Part shown: positions 17,891 through 28,282 of the stretch, in pieces
How positions within the stretch are numbered: position 1 is the stretch's first letter
Layout: every line of letters starts with the position of its first letter
Assembly (NCBI RefSeq): GCF_903885465.1
Contig: NZ_CAISIQ010000288.1
Span: 1 to 61,403, forward strand
DNA: 61,403 nucleotides
Reading direction: 5' to 3'
DNA from: an uncultured Nevskia sp.
GTDB lineage: Bacteria > Pseudomonadota > Gammaproteobacteria > Nevskiales > Nevskiaceae
Notes under the pieces: generated by a model
Told to the model about the DNA's origin: nothing
What the model saw: only the letters and a program-made list of their open reading frames with translations
Databases searched by the model: none
Program-made: the position numbers and the translations under genes

Positions 17891-20419
17891 TCAATCGTTA
17901 TCGATGATGGTCACCGTGCCGCTGGCCGGGCTGCCGAGCGTGGCGGTCTGCGGATTGCTCAGGCGGATCAGGATGGTTTCCGGGTTCTCCTTCAGCTTGT
18001 CGTTGAGGATCGTCACGGTGAAGGTTTTGCTCGCGGCATCGCCGCTGGCCCAGACCAGCCTGCCGGCCTTGGCGGTGTAGTCGCTGCCAGCCATCGCCAG
18101 GCCGTTGGCGGTGGTGTAGTCGATCGCTGCCGTGCCGTAGCTGCCGCCGCTGCGGGTCACGGTGACGGTGGCCACGCCGCCGGCTTCGCCGACCGTGTAG
18201 TTCGTCGATGACAGCGCCAGCGTGCCGGGCGCGCCATCGTTGTCGATGATGCTGAGCGTCTGGGTTTTGGTCGCGCCGAGCACCGCGCCGCCGCCGGGCG
18301 CGCTCAGGCTGAGCGTGATCGTTTCGTTGGCTTCGGCAGCAGTGTCGTTGTTGATCGGCACCGTGAAGCTCTTGCTCGCGGTATCGCCCGCGTTCCAGCG
18401 CAAGGTGCCGCTGACGGCGCTGTAGTCGCTGCCGGCCAGCGCCGTGCCATTGCTGCTCGCGTAGTTGACGCTGACCGCGCCCGTCGAACCCAGGGTGCGT
18501 GACACGGTCACCGTCGCGCTTCCGGCCGCTTCGCTGATCGACGCGCTGCCGGCGGTGAACGCCAGGGTGCTCTTGACGCTGGAGCTGTCGTCATCGGCGA
18601 TCGTCAGGGTCGCGGTCTTGACGCTGCCCAGGCTTGCGCCGCCGCTGGGCGCGCTGAGCGCCAGTGCCAGGGTTTCGCTGCTTTCGGCGAGGGTGTCATC
18701 GATCATCGGCACCGAGAAGGTCTTGGTGGTGATATCGCCATCGGCCCAGTTCAGCGTGCCGCTGGTGGCGATGTAGTCGCTGCCGGCGATTGCCGTGCCG
18801 TTGGCGGTTGCGTAGTTCACCGACACCGCGCCGGCACTGCCGCCGCTGCGCTGCACGCTGATCGTGGCGCTGACGCCGTTCTCGGTCACTGCGTAGCTGG
18901 CTGTGCTGAAGCGCAGGCTGCCCGGTCCGGGCGCGATTGCCGCGAGTGCCAGAGTGGCATCGACCAGGCCGGCACCGCAGCCGCTGCAACTGACCGGGAA
19001 GCTGCGGACGTTGCCCTTCAGCGTGCTTTCGACTTCGTCCGGCGTGATCGAAGGCTTGGCGGCATAGAGCAGCGCGACAACGCCAGCGACATGCGGCGAG
19101 GCCATGCTGGTGCCCTGCAGGTAGGCGTAGGAATCGCTGCCGGGCGTCGTTGCGCCGTTGTTGTAGGTCGAGAGAATTCCCACCGTGCTGCCGCGGCTCA
19201 TGTCGCCACCTGGTGCGGCGACGTCCACCGAAGCACCGTAGTTCGAGTAAGGCGCGCGGCTGCCGCCATCGCCGATCGCAGCGACGCTGATCACGCCGTT
19301 GCAACTGGCTGGCGAGAAGCCGGCGGCATCCATGTTCGAGTTGCCGGCCGCGACCACGACGGTGCTGTTGCGCGAGCGAGCGCTGTCGATCGCGCCCTGC
19401 AGGGTCGGCGACGACGAACACGGGTACTGGCCGCCAAGGCTCATGTTCAGCACCTTGGCCGGCCGCGGATTTGCCGGCACGCCGGACACGGTGCCGCCGG
19501 AAGCCCAGATGATCGCGTCGGCGATGTCCGAGGTGGTGCCGCCACAGCGGCCAAGCACGCGGGCGATCACCAGCTTCGCGCCGTAAGCGACGCCGGCGAC
19601 GCCGACGCCGTTGTTGGCGAGTGCTGCAATCGTCCCGGCGACATGGGTGCCGTGCCAGCTCGAGTTCGAGGTGCCGCTGCTGCCACAGGAGCCGGAGACC
19701 CGGAAATCGCCGGGGTCCGTAGCGTCGCTGTCGCGGCCGTTGCCATCGTTGGCGCTGGCGGCATCGCTGATGAAGTCGTACTGGGCGACGATCTGGCCGG
19801 CGAGATCGGCATGCGGCCGGTAGCCGGTGTCGATCGCCGCGACGGTCGCGCCGCTGCCGTCGGTGCGATCCCAGGCCGTGTAGGCGTTGACGCCGGCCAG
19901 GCCATTGACCTGCGCCGGCCCGGCGATGCCCCAGAGATTGCCCAGCCAGGGATCGTTCGGCGTCAGTACCGGCTGCAGGATGCGATCGGGTTCGACATAG
20001 CGCAGCCCGGCCGGACGGCGCGCCTTGATGCGCGCTGCAAGGCGAGTGAGTGCCGCTTCATCGAGCCCGCCATCGGCATCGACCAGCAGCGCGCCGTTGC
20101 CGAGCCGGCGCCGGTAGCGCATCGGCTGGCCGGCACTGGCCGCGAGATCGTCGATCCGAGTGCGCGCCGTTGTGTCGAGCGCCTGCGCAGCTGCAAAGCT
20201 CATCGCCGTGCGGCGTTTACCGCGGAACGCCGCGATATCGTCCTCGTAGGCAACGATCAAGCGCGATGGCGGCAAGGGCTCGCTGGCGGCAAGAAAGCGG
20301 GCCTGCGGTTCGGGCGACACGGCCGGCGCTGCACTGACGCCGGTGCCTGTCGTTGCCAGCACTGCCACGGTCAGCGCAGCGGCGAAAACGGTTTTCAGCG
20401 AGCTGGTGAAAAGGGGCAT
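17891..20419 (-). CDS. S8 subtilisin-like serine protease with three C-terminal Calx-beta domains
   Basis: Triad AIDTG / HGTHVAG / GTSMASPH; three repeats of GTA.AGSDY...GTL.W..GD...KTFTV.I.DD...E..ET. Confidence 0.92.
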   Translation of the reverse strand: MPLFTSSLKTVFAAALTVAVLATTGTGVSAAPAVSPEPQARFLAASEPLPPSRLIVAYEDDIAAFRGKRRTAMSFAAAQALDTTARTRIDDLAASAGQPMRYRRRLGNGALLVDADGGLDEAALTRLAARIKARRPAGLRYVEPDRILQPVLTPNDPWLGNLWGIAGPAQVNGLAGVNAYTAWDRTDGSGATVAAIDTGYRPHADLAGQIVAQYDFISDAASANDGNGRDSDATDPGDFRVSGSCGSSGTSNSSWHGTHVAGTIAALANNGVGVAGVAYGAKLVIARVLGRCGGTTSDIADAIIWASGGTVSGVPANPRPAKVLNMSLGGQYPCSSSPTLQGAIDSARSRNSTVVVAAGNSNMDAAGFSPASCNGVISVAAIGDGGSRAPYSNYGASVDVAAPGGDMSRGSTVGILSTYNNGATTPGSDSYAYLQGTSMASPHVAGVVALLYAAKPSITPDEVESTLKGNVRSFPVSCSGCGAGLVDATLALAAIAPGPGSLRFSTASYAVTENGVSATISVQRSGGSAGAVSVNYATANGTAIAGSDYIATSGTLNWADGDITTKTFSVPMIDDTLAESSETLALALSAPSGGASLGSVKTATLTIADDDSSSVKSTLAFTAGSASISEAAGSATVTVSRTLGSTGAVSVNYASSNGTALAGSDYSAVSGTLRWNAGDTASKSFTVPINNDTAAEANETITLSLSAPGGGAVLGATKTQTLSIIDNDGAPGTLALSSTNYTVGEAGGVATVTVTRSGGSYGTAAIDYTTANGLAMAGSDYTAKAGRLVWASGDAASKTFTVTILNDKLKENPETILIRLSNPQTATLGSPASGTVTIIDND

Positions 20420-20619
20420 GGCTGCGTCCGCAGATCAGGGTGTACGACCTGTATCGGCGGCAACGCAGTGGCCTGAAACGCCTCGTCAACCGCTTGCGCC
20501 GTGCTCTCGCACCACTGGTCGCGAATGCCATGAAACGGTGACGCAAAGCCGGCGCGGAAGGGCTTTTCAGGGGCTTTTTCGATGTGCTCCGGCCAAGGAA
20601 AAACCGGGCCTGCCGCGAT

Positions 20620-21822
20620 CTACCAGTAAGTGTCGCGCTCGGCAGTCGCGGCGATCTTGTGGATGCTCAGATCGGCGCCGTTGAACTCTTCTTCCGGGCT
20701 CAGGCGCAGGCCGAATGCGGCTTTCAGTGCGCCGTAGACGATTGCACCGCCGGTGAAGGCGATGACCACGCCGAGCACGGTGCCGACCAGCTGCGCGCCG
20801 AAGCTGACACCGCCGATGCCGCCGAGGGCGGTCGAGCCGAAGATGCCGGCGGCCAGTCCACCCCAGGCACCGCATAGGCCGTGCAGCGGCCAGACGCCGA
20901 GCACGTCGTCGATCTTCCAGCGGTTCTGGGTCAGGGTGAACATGTAGACGAACAGGCCGCCGGCCACGCCGCCGGTGGCCAGCGCGCCGAGCGGGTGCAT
21001 CACGTCCGAGCCGGCGCAGATCGCCACCAATCCAGCGAGCGGGCCGTTGTGCACGAAGCCCGGATCGTTGCGGCCGACGAACAAGGCCACCAGGGTGCCG
21101 CCGACCATCGCCATCAGCGAGTTCATCGCCACCAGGCCGCTGATCTTGTCGAGCGTCTGCGCGCTCATCACGTTGAAGCCGAACCAGCCGACGATCAGGA
21201 TCCAGGCTCCGAGCGCCAGGAACGGAATGCTCGACGGCGGATGCGCGGAGATCTCGCCGGTCTTCGCGTAGCGCCCACGCCGGGCGCCGAGCAGCAACAC
21301 CGCCGCGAGCGCGATCCAGCCGCCGACCGCATGGACCACCACCGAGCCGGCGAAGTCATGGAAGTGGGCGCCGAAGGTGGCCAGCAGCCAGTCCTGAATG
21401 CCGAAGCCGCCGTTCCAGGCAATGCGCTCGAACAGCGGATAGACGAAGGCGACCAGCAGGAAGGTCGCCGCCAGCTGCGGATAGAAGCGCGCACGCTCGG
21501 CGATGCCACCGGAAACGATCGCCGGCACTGCGGCGGCGAAGGTCAGCAGGAAGAAGAACTTGGTCAGTTCGAAGCCGCTGTGCTGCGACAGCTCGGCGGC
21601 CGGCGCATAGAAATGCTGGCCGTAGGCGAGCGCGTAGCCGAACACGAAGTAGGCGAGTGTGGAGATCGCGAAATCGCACAGGATCTTGACCAGGGCGTTG
21701 ACCTGATTCTTGCGCCGCACCGTCCCGAGTTCGAGAAACGCGAAGCCGGCGTGCATCGCCAGGATCATGATCGCGCCCAACAGGATGAACAGGACGTCGG
21801 ACGGCGTCTTGATGTCGTGCAC
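20620..21822 (-). CDS. amt: Ammonium transporter (Amt family)
   Basis: HAGFAFLE, IVSGGIAER, DFAGSVVVH, GWFGFN, IDDVLGVWPLHG; GTG start. Confidence 0.92.
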   Translation of the reverse strand: MHDIKTPSDVLFILLGAIMILAMHAGFAFLELGTVRRKNQVNALVKILCDFAISTLAYFVFGYALAYGQHFYAPAAELSQHSGFELTKFFFLLTFAAAVPAIVSGGIAERARFYPQLAATFLLVAFVYPLFERIAWNGGFGIQDWLLATFGAHFHDFAGSVVVHAVGGWIALAAVLLLGARRGRYAKTGEISAHPPSSIPFLALGAWILIVGWFGFNVMSAQTLDKISGLVAMNSLMAMVGGTLVALFVGRNDPGFVHNGPLAGLVAICAGSDVMHPLGALATGGVAGGLFVYMFTLTQNRWKIDDVLGVWPLHGLCGAWGGLAAGIFGSTALGGIGGVSFGAQLVGTVLGVVIAFTGGAIVYGALKAAFGLRLSPEEEFNGADLSIHKIAATAERDTYW

Positions 21823-21910
21823 TGCTTTGGTCTCCGCTGGGCTGATTCGGCGTCTATCTGGTGCGCCGGTCGCGGATTATTGCTGATTCATGATCTGTGG
21901 CGGTGCGTTG

Positions 21911-21928
21911 CGCACCATTTTGAGTGCG
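21911..21928. promoter_or_regulatory. Possible NtrC-like box upstream of amt
   Basis: CGCACCATTTTGAGTGCG resembles TGCACC-N5-GGTGCA with one extra base. Confidence 0.3.
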
Positions 21929-21936
21929 GGCTCGAC

Positions 21937-22764
21937 TTACTTGAAGCGAAACGCCAGGCCCGTCCCGGCAAAGTAATCATCCGAAGCGTCGTTCAGTCCC
22001 TTGCCGACGCGGACGTCGATCTGCAGGTCGTCGCTGAGGGCATAGGTCAGACCGACGTCGAGATAGTGCTCGGTCGATGCCGTAGCGCTACTGACCGGGA
22101 ACAGCGCATACCACTCGAAGAACGACGACAGGTTGGTGGTCAGCGACCAGTCGATGCTGAGCGATTGGGCCCATTCCGTGTAGCTGTGCGCGTCGTCGTC
22201 GACCGCGAGATTGAGGTGGGTGCTGGCGTCCATCGACAGCGCGTCGTTCAGGTCCCAGCCGTAAAGCAGATTGATGCCGGGCAGGACTCTGTCGGCGGAA
22301 AATTTCGCCGAGCCGGTGGGTACGGTCATCTGCGGCACCACGGCGAGGCCCGGCAGCAACCCGTCCTGCTGCATCAAGCTCAGCTTGACGCCCAGAGACA
22401 GGTCTTCGATTCCGGATCGGGTCGATGTCGATCGTTCGGTGACCGGTGCCACGGCCATTCGCAATTCGATCCAGTTGGCTAGCACGCCATAGCGAATCAT
22501 CGGCTCGCCCCAGCTATGGCTTTCGGTGCCGCTGGATTTCGTGAAGGTGTAGCCCGTTTCCAGTTGAAGCACACCCAGCCTGACGGTAGTGCTGGCGTCC
22601 GTGAAGTCCGGCCGATCAGTATTGATGCCGCCCAACGGACCCAGCGGTGCAGGCTGGCCGGTCCACGAGAACAAGCTTGCCGGCAGGGCTTCGCGGTCCT
22701 GTGCGAGCAGCGACTGCACAGGCAGGCAGCACAGCAACAAGAACAGCAGGACGGGACCGCGCAT
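21937..22764 (-). CDS. Outer-membrane beta-barrel transporter (Phenol_MetA_deg-like)
   Basis: Signal peptide, INTDRPDFT, QLETGY, C-terminal GLAFRFK. Confidence 0.78.
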   Translation of the reverse strand: MRGPVLLFLLLCCLPVQSLLAQDREALPASLFSWTGQPAPLGPLGGINTDRPDFTDASTTVRLGVLQLETGYTFTKSSGTESHSWGEPMIRYGVLANWIELRMAVAPVTERSTSTRSGIEDLSLGVKLSLMQQDGLLPGLAVVPQMTVPTGSAKFSADRVLPGINLLYGWDLNDALSMDASTHLNLAVDDDAHSYTEWAQSLSIDWSLTTNLSSFFEWYALFPVSSATASTEHYLDVGLTYALSDDLQIDVRVGKGLNDASDDYFAGTGLAFRFK

Positions 22765-22843
22765 GCGGATGTTTATCTAGAGGGATCTCGGCTGGATTCT
22801 AGTGTTTGCGGACCTCGATCGATGGGGCCGGACTATCGACAGC

Positions 22844-23728
22844 TCAAGCCGCCCCGGCGTAAGCCTCATTGCCGGCCGCCACCGCGTTGCCGCCGTTCTG
22901 CGCATAGGCGACGCGCCAGCGCTCGTAGGCGCCCATGCCGCCGTCCTGCCAGGGATGGAAGCCGGGCTTGTAGTAGGCGAGGTAATGGCCCATCAGCGGA
23001 CGGAACAGGCCGTTCCAGCCGTACAGCCAGCGCAGGCCGCGCGCCCACAGGCCAGCGCGCTGCCAGAAGCTGTAGCCATCGACGATCAGCATGTGACGGA
23101 GGATCAGGAACACATGCAGCGGGAACATCACCGAGGTGTAGAGCATCACTCCGGCGCGGGTGAAATAGCCGGCCTTGGCGACGTTCTTCAGCACGTCGAA
23201 GGCTACGGCTTTGTGCTCGATCTCTTCGACACCGTGCCAGATGTACATCGCGCGGATGCGCGGATCAGCCTCGGCAAACACGTCCGGCCGATCGAAGAAG
23301 CTGTGCGCCATGATCGAGGTCAGATGCTCGGCAGCGGCGGTCTGCGCCAGGGTGAAAGAAGCCGGCATTACTTCGCGGATGCGGGCCAGGATCTTCCGCG
23401 TGTTGGCCTCGATGTTGTCGACCCGCACGCCCTGCGCTTGCAGGCGATCGTTGAACTGCTTGTGCACTCTGCCGTGCTGCGCTTCCTGGCGCATGAAGTC
23501 CTTCACTTGCTGCTGCAGCTCCGGATCGACGATCTCGTCCTTGTAGTCGCGCACGCAGGTGATGAAAAACTTTTCGCCTTCGGGAAACAGTGTCGACATC
23601 GCATCGAAGAAGCGCGACTTGAAGGCATCGCCGCCGAACCAGTAGCGTGGAATGTCGCCGTCGAGATCGAAGTCGACCTCGGTGCGCGGCACGATCGGGT
23701 AGCCGGATGCGGTGGTGGTCTGCTTCAT
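22844..23728 (-). CDS. Predicted metal-dependent hydrolase (ferritin-like Metal_hydrol family)
   Basis: FPEGEKFF, QEAQHGRVH, EHLT, WHGVEEIEHKAVAFD, YYKPGFHPW; ATG at 23728. Confidence 0.88.
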   Translation of the reverse strand: MKQTTTASGYPIVPRTEVDFDLDGDIPRYWFGGDAFKSRFFDAMSTLFPEGEKFFITCVRDYKDEIVDPELQQQVKDFMRQEAQHGRVHKQFNDRLQAQGVRVDNIEANTRKILARIREVMPASFTLAQTAAAEHLTSIMAHSFFDRPDVFAEADPRIRAMYIWHGVEEIEHKAVAFDVLKNVAKAGYFTRAGVMLYTSVMFPLHVFLILRHMLIVDGYSFWQRAGLWARGLRWLYGWNGLFRPLMGHYLAYYKPGFHPWQDGGMGAYERWRVAYAQNGGNAVAAGNEAYAGAA

Positions 23729-23828
23729 GGGGCTGCGCCTTTCACGAAATTCGTGATCGGACTCTAGGCGTCGCCGGCGGGGCGGGATATGACCGGCCGC
23801 GACCCGAGGGAACATTTCGCGACAGTGC

Positions 23829-24878
23829 TTAGCTCTCGCTGCCTTGCCGGCCCCGGAACGCGCTCGGCGACAGCCCGGACCAGCGGGTGAACGCCCGCGT
23901 GAAACTGCGGCGATCGGAAAAGCCGAGCCGCTCGCTGATCGTTTCCAGATCCTGCGTGGTGTCCTGCAGCCACTTCGCCGCCAACTTGAAGCGGGCACGA
24001 TCCTGGACATCGGCGTAGCGCTGATCCTCGTCCTGCAGGCGCCGCTGCATGGTTCGTTGATGCAGGCCGAGTGCCGCGGCCATCCGCTCCACGCCTTGTC
24101 CGAGCAAGGCCGGCTGCGCCTCGAAAGCCTGCTCGATCGCGGCGACAAGCCCTGTGTTGGGACCCGGCTTGGCCGGCAGCTTCGCGAGCCGCTGCTCGAC
24201 CCGATACTCGGCCTGCTTGTGCAGCGCCGGGAATGCGCCTTCGAGCGGGCGATCGAGCAGCACGCGGTCGAAGGCCAGCAGATGTTCGGGCTGATCGAAC
24301 AGCACCGGCACGCGGAAATAGGCTTCGTAGGCATCGCCGTGCGCCGGGCGCGCATGGCGGAAACACAGCCGCAGGAACGGCGCCGACGGGCCGAGCAGGC
24401 GCCGGCCGAATTTGACGATCGAGGCGAAGGTGGTTTCGCTGAAATAGGGATTCGGCGGCGGCTCCACGCCGGCGGCGAGCTTCAGCACCAGATGCGCTTC
24501 GTCGCCGGCATCCTCGAGCTGCACCTGGATCATCGGATTGATCAGCTCGCGCACCCAGTCGAACACCCGCAGGCCGTCGCGCAGGGTCGGACTGGTGGTG
24601 AGGTAGGTGTCGATGTCCGGCAGATAATCGAACGCGAAAGTCTCGCCGAGCACGAACGGGAAATGCAGCGGCGAATCGCGGGTGCGCGCCACGCAGGCGT
24701 TCATCACCTGCTGCAGCATCGGCGCGCTGACCGTTGCGCTTTCCAGATGGATCAGGTCCATCTCGATGCCGACTTCGCGAAACACCGGCTCGATGTTGAA
24801 GCCGCACTGCGACGCCGCCTTGACCCAGTTCGGCAGGGTGATGAACGGAATCGGATCGAGATGCAGCGGCTGGGTCAT
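23829..24878 (-). CDS. AraC family transcriptional regulator
   Basis: C-terminal double HTH (RTMQRRL, LGFSDRRSFTRAFTRWSG); OruR-like N-terminal domain. Confidence 0.92.
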   Translation of the reverse strand: MTQPLHLDPIPFITLPNWVKAASQCGFNIEPVFREVGIEMDLIHLESATVSAPMLQQVMNACVARTRDSPLHFPFVLGETFAFDYLPDIDTYLTTSPTLRDGLRVFDWVRELINPMIQVQLEDAGDEAHLVLKLAAGVEPPPNPYFSETTFASIVKFGRRLLGPSAPFLRLCFRHARPAHGDAYEAYFRVPVLFDQPEHLLAFDRVLLDRPLEGAFPALHKQAEYRVEQRLAKLPAKPGPNTGLVAAIEQAFEAQPALLGQGVERMAAALGLHQRTMQRRLQDEDQRYADVQDRARFKLAAKWLQDTTQDLETISERLGFSDRRSFTRAFTRWSGLSPSAFRGRQGSES

Positions 24879-24916
24879 CGGCCGAGTATGCCGCGCGCCG
24901 CTGATATCTCGGGGGC

Positions 24917-26704
24917 TCAGGCCATCAGCTGCAGGCTGGCCAGCCGCGCGTACAGGCCGCCGCTGTGCAGCAGCTCGGCCGGCGTGCCGATCTCGACGAT
25001 CTTGCCGGCTTCGAGCACGACGATGCGATCGGCGCGCTGCACCGTGGCCAGGCGGTGGGCAATGATCAGGGTCGTGCGGCCGACCATCGCCGCTTCGAGG
25101 CCGCGCTGCACGAAGGCTTCGCTTTCGGCATCGAGTGCGCTGGTAGCTTCGTCGAGCAGCAGCAGCGGCGGATTCTTGAGGATCGCGCGGGCAATCGCCA
25201 GACGCTGGCGCTGACCGCCGGACAAGCGCACGCCACGCTCGCCGAGGAAGGTCTTGTAACCGTCGGGCAGGCGATCGAGGAACTCGTCGGCCCGCGCCGT
25301 GCGCGCCGCTTGCTGCACCTGCTCGTCGGTCGCTTCGGCGTTGCCGTAGCGGATGTTGGCGCTGGCATCGGCGGAAAAGATCACCGCGTCCTGCGGCACG
25401 ATGCCGATCTGGGCGCGCAGCTCGGCGGGATCGAGATCGCGCAGATCGATGCCGTTGAAGCGGATGCCGCCGGCACCGGAATCGACATCGTAGTAGCGCA
25501 GCAGCAGTTGGAAGATCGTCGTCTTGCCGGCGCCGCTGGGGCCGACCAGCGCCACGGTTTCGCCTTCGCGAATGTCGAGCGTCAGGCCGTCGAGCGAGGC
25601 CGTATCGGGCCGGGACGGATAGTGGAAATGCACATTCTGGAATTCGATCCGTGCCTGCCGGGTCTGCGGCAGCGGCTTGGGATTGGCCGGCGGCTGGATG
25701 CGGCTTTCGGCGTGCAGCAGTTCGATCAGGCGTTCGGTGGCGCCGGCTGCGCGCAGCACGTCGCCCCAGACTTCGGCGATCACGCCGACACCGCCAGCGG
25801 TCAGCACCGCATAGAGCACGAATGAGGCGAGCTGGCCGGCGCTCATGGTGCCGGAGATCACCGCGTGGGCGCCAAGCCAGAGCACGAAGACGATGGCGCC
25901 GAACACGCCGGCGATCACCGATGCGGTCATCAGCGCGCGCAGCCGGGCGCGGCGGATCGCCGACTTGAAGCTGTCGTCGACGCTGCGGTCGTAGCGCGCC
26001 GATTCGCGGCCTTCCTGGGTGAAGGCCTGCACGGTGGGAATCGCGTTGAGGATTTCACCGGCGACTGCCGAGGTATCGGCAAGGCGATCCTGGGCATCGC
26101 GGGACATCCGGCGCACGCCGCGGCCGATCAGCACCAGCGGCACCACGACCACGGCGAGCAGCACCACGGTGATCACGAACAGGCGCGGGCTGGTGACGCC
26201 GAGCATCACCATGCCGCCGATGAACTGCAGCAGGCTGCGCAGGCCCATCGATACCGAGGAGCCGACCACGGTCTGCACCAGAGTGGTGTCGCCGGTCAGC
26301 CGAGACAGCACTTCGCCGGTGCGCGTGGTTTCGAAGAACTCCGGCGACTGCGCCAGCATCCGCCGATAGACCGCGCTGCGCAGATCGGCAGTGACCCGCT
26401 CGCCGATCCAGCTGACGAAGTAGAAGCGCCCGGCAGTAGCCATCGCCCAGAAGATGGCGAGCAGGCCGAGTGCGGCGAAATGGCTGTTGATGTGGCTGTC
26501 GGCAGCGGCGTTGGCGACGAAGCCCTTGTCGATCAGATCGCGGAACGCCAGCGGCACCATCAGCATCGCGCCGGAGCTGAGAATCAGCGTCACCGTCGCC
26601 ATGATCAGCCGGCCGCGGTACGGCGCCAGGAACGGTAGCAGGCCGGCGAGGGCGGACAGCTTGCGGCGTGGCGGGGTGGTATCGGAGGTGGTCGTTGCGG
26701 TCAT
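24917..26704 (-). CDS. ABC exporter, fused permease/ATPase (MsbA-like)
   Basis: TM domain plus GPSGAGKT, LSGGQRQR, DEATSALD, AHRL; ATG at 26704. Confidence 0.92.
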   Translation of the reverse strand: MTATTTSDTTPPRRKLSALAGLLPFLAPYRGRLIMATVTLILSSGAMLMVPLAFRDLIDKGFVANAAADSHINSHFAALGLLAIFWAMATAGRFYFVSWIGERVTADLRSAVYRRMLAQSPEFFETTRTGEVLSRLTGDTTLVQTVVGSSVSMGLRSLLQFIGGMVMLGVTSPRLFVITVVLLAVVVVPLVLIGRGVRRMSRDAQDRLADTSAVAGEILNAIPTVQAFTQEGRESARYDRSVDDSFKSAIRRARLRALMTASVIAGVFGAIVFVLWLGAHAVISGTMSAGQLASFVLYAVLTAGGVGVIAEVWGDVLRAAGATERLIELLHAESRIQPPANPKPLPQTRQARIEFQNVHFHYPSRPDTASLDGLTLDIREGETVALVGPSGAGKTTIFQLLLRYYDVDSGAGGIRFNGIDLRDLDPAELRAQIGIVPQDAVIFSADASANIRYGNAEATDEQVQQAARTARADEFLDRLPDGYKTFLGERGVRLSGGQRQRLAIARAILKNPPLLLLDEATSALDAESEAFVQRGLEAAMVGRTTLIIAHRLATVQRADRIVVLEAGKIVEIGTPAELLHSGGLYARLASLQLMA

Positions 26705-26780
26705 CGGGCTTGCTTCGGAAGCTGGTGCGGCGGGGATTCTGTCATGGCTGGTGCTGCGAGCTTGAGCCCACCGCGTTCTC

Positions 26781-26842
26781 TGTAGGTCGGGCCTCGCCCG
26801 ACGCTGCTGGCCGTAGCGCCGTCGGGCAAGGCCCGACCTACA
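26781..26842. repeat. GTAG-family REP doublet (REPIN-like)
   Basis: TGTAGGTCGGGCCTCGCCCGACG ... CGTCGGGCAAGGCCCGACCTACA inverted pair. Confidence 0.8.
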
Positions 26843-26906
26843 ACGCTTGCATCCGCTGCGGCGATCACGCAGCGTCGGCGCCCGATCTTCTCGCCCTCCA
26901 TCCACG

Positions 26907-28130
26907 ATGACTGCCTTCATCCCGACTCGCGCCGCCGCGCTCGCGCGGCTTGCCGAGTTTCTGCCCAACACAGCCAGCCACTACGCGAACGAGCGCAACA
27001 GCGATCTTGGCCCCGCCCAGCGCGACAATGTGTCGCTGTTGTCGCCAGCGCTGCGTCATCGCCTGATCACCGAGGACGAAGTTGTCCGCGCCGTGCTCGG
27101 CAGTCATTCGTTTCCGGCCGCCGAGAAGTTCATCCAGGAAGTCTGCTGGCGCACGTACTGGAAAGGCTGGCTGGAACTGCGGCCGAAGGTCTGGCGCGAT
27201 TATCAGAGCCAGCTCGAAGACCTGGTCGGCAAGATCAGCGATGGTTCCGGATTGGATAGACCGCTGCGCAAGCGTTATCAGGCAGCCATCGATGGCCACA
27301 GCGGCATCGCCTGCTTCGACGCCTGGGCGCAGGAGCTGCGCGCCACCGGCTATCTGCACAACCACGCGCGCATGTGGTTCGCGTCGATCTGGATCTTCAC
27401 CCTGAACCTGCCGTGGCAGCTCGGCGCGGACTTCTTTTACCGCCATCTGCTCGACGGCGATCCCGCCTCGAACACGCTGAGCTGGCGCTGGGTCGCAGGG
27501 CTGCAGACCCAGGGCAAGCATTACCTGGCGCGCGCCGAGAACATCCAGCAGTACACGGCGGATCGCTGGTCACCGAAAGGCCAGCTCAAGGAAGACGCCA
27601 GCCCGCTGAAGGCCGACGAGATTCCAGCGGCAGGGAAGCTCGGCGAACTGCCGCTGCCGAACCCGCGCAAGCGCACGGCGCTGTGGCTGCACGAGGACGA
27701 TCTCTGCGCCGAGTCCTGGCCGGACGTCGAGGGTCTCGATGTGGTCGCGATCGCGGGCGATGTGTCGCCGGTGCGTCGCTCCTGGCTGCCGGTCAGCGAC
27801 TCGGTGATCGTCTACACCGAGGCAGCACTCGCCGATGGGCTGAGCCGCGCCAGCGCGCATTACCGCCAGCCGGCACAACGAGTGCTGACCGCTGATCGCC
27901 AACACTGGCTGGCCGAGCACGGTATCGAGCAGGTGGTCACCGCCTATGCGCCGGTTGGCCCGGCGGCCGGCGCGCTCGGTCTGCTGACGCGCGATCTGCG
28001 CGCGCGGGGTATCAGCCTGGTGCAGTTGCGTCGCGCCTGGGATACGGCGTTCTGGCCGCATGCCGACAAGGGCTTCTTCCAGTTGCGCGAGCGGATTCGT
28101 CCGGTGCTCGCCGAACTTCGGATTCCTTGA
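26907..28130 (+). CDS. DNA photolyase-family protein with N-terminal FAD domain (NewPHL-like)
   Basis: VSLLSPALRHRL, KFIQEVCWRTYW, GYLHNHARMW, LLDGDPASN..SWRWVAG, all in the N-terminal 210 aa. Confidence 0.82.
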   Translation: MTAFIPTRAAALARLAEFLPNTASHYANERNSDLGPAQRDNVSLLSPALRHRLITEDEVVRAVLGSHSFPAAEKFIQEVCWRTYWKGWLELRPKVWRDYQSQLEDLVGKISDGSGLDRPLRKRYQAAIDGHSGIACFDAWAQELRATGYLHNHARMWFASIWIFTLNLPWQLGADFFYRHLLDGDPASNTLSWRWVAGLQTQGKHYLARAENIQQYTADRWSPKGQLKEDASPLKADEIPAAGKLGELPLPNPRKRTALWLHEDDLCAESWPDVEGLDVVAIAGDVSPVRRSWLPVSDSVIVYTEAALADGLSRASAHYRQPAQRVLTADRQHWLAEHGIEQVVTAYAPVGPAAGALGLLTRDLRARGISLVQLRRAWDTAFWPHADKGFFQLRERIRPVLAELRIP

Positions 28131-28282
28131 ACCGACGACCGAGCCAGCGGTAGTGCCAGGCCGATCGCTGGCGGCATTCGTTAGCAGCCGCCAAGTCACT
28201 GTGCTAACAGGAATTTTTGACGGCGCAGCGGCATGGGATGTGCATAGTCTCTCGGGTAGCTCAACCGCTCTCGGAGGTCGTC

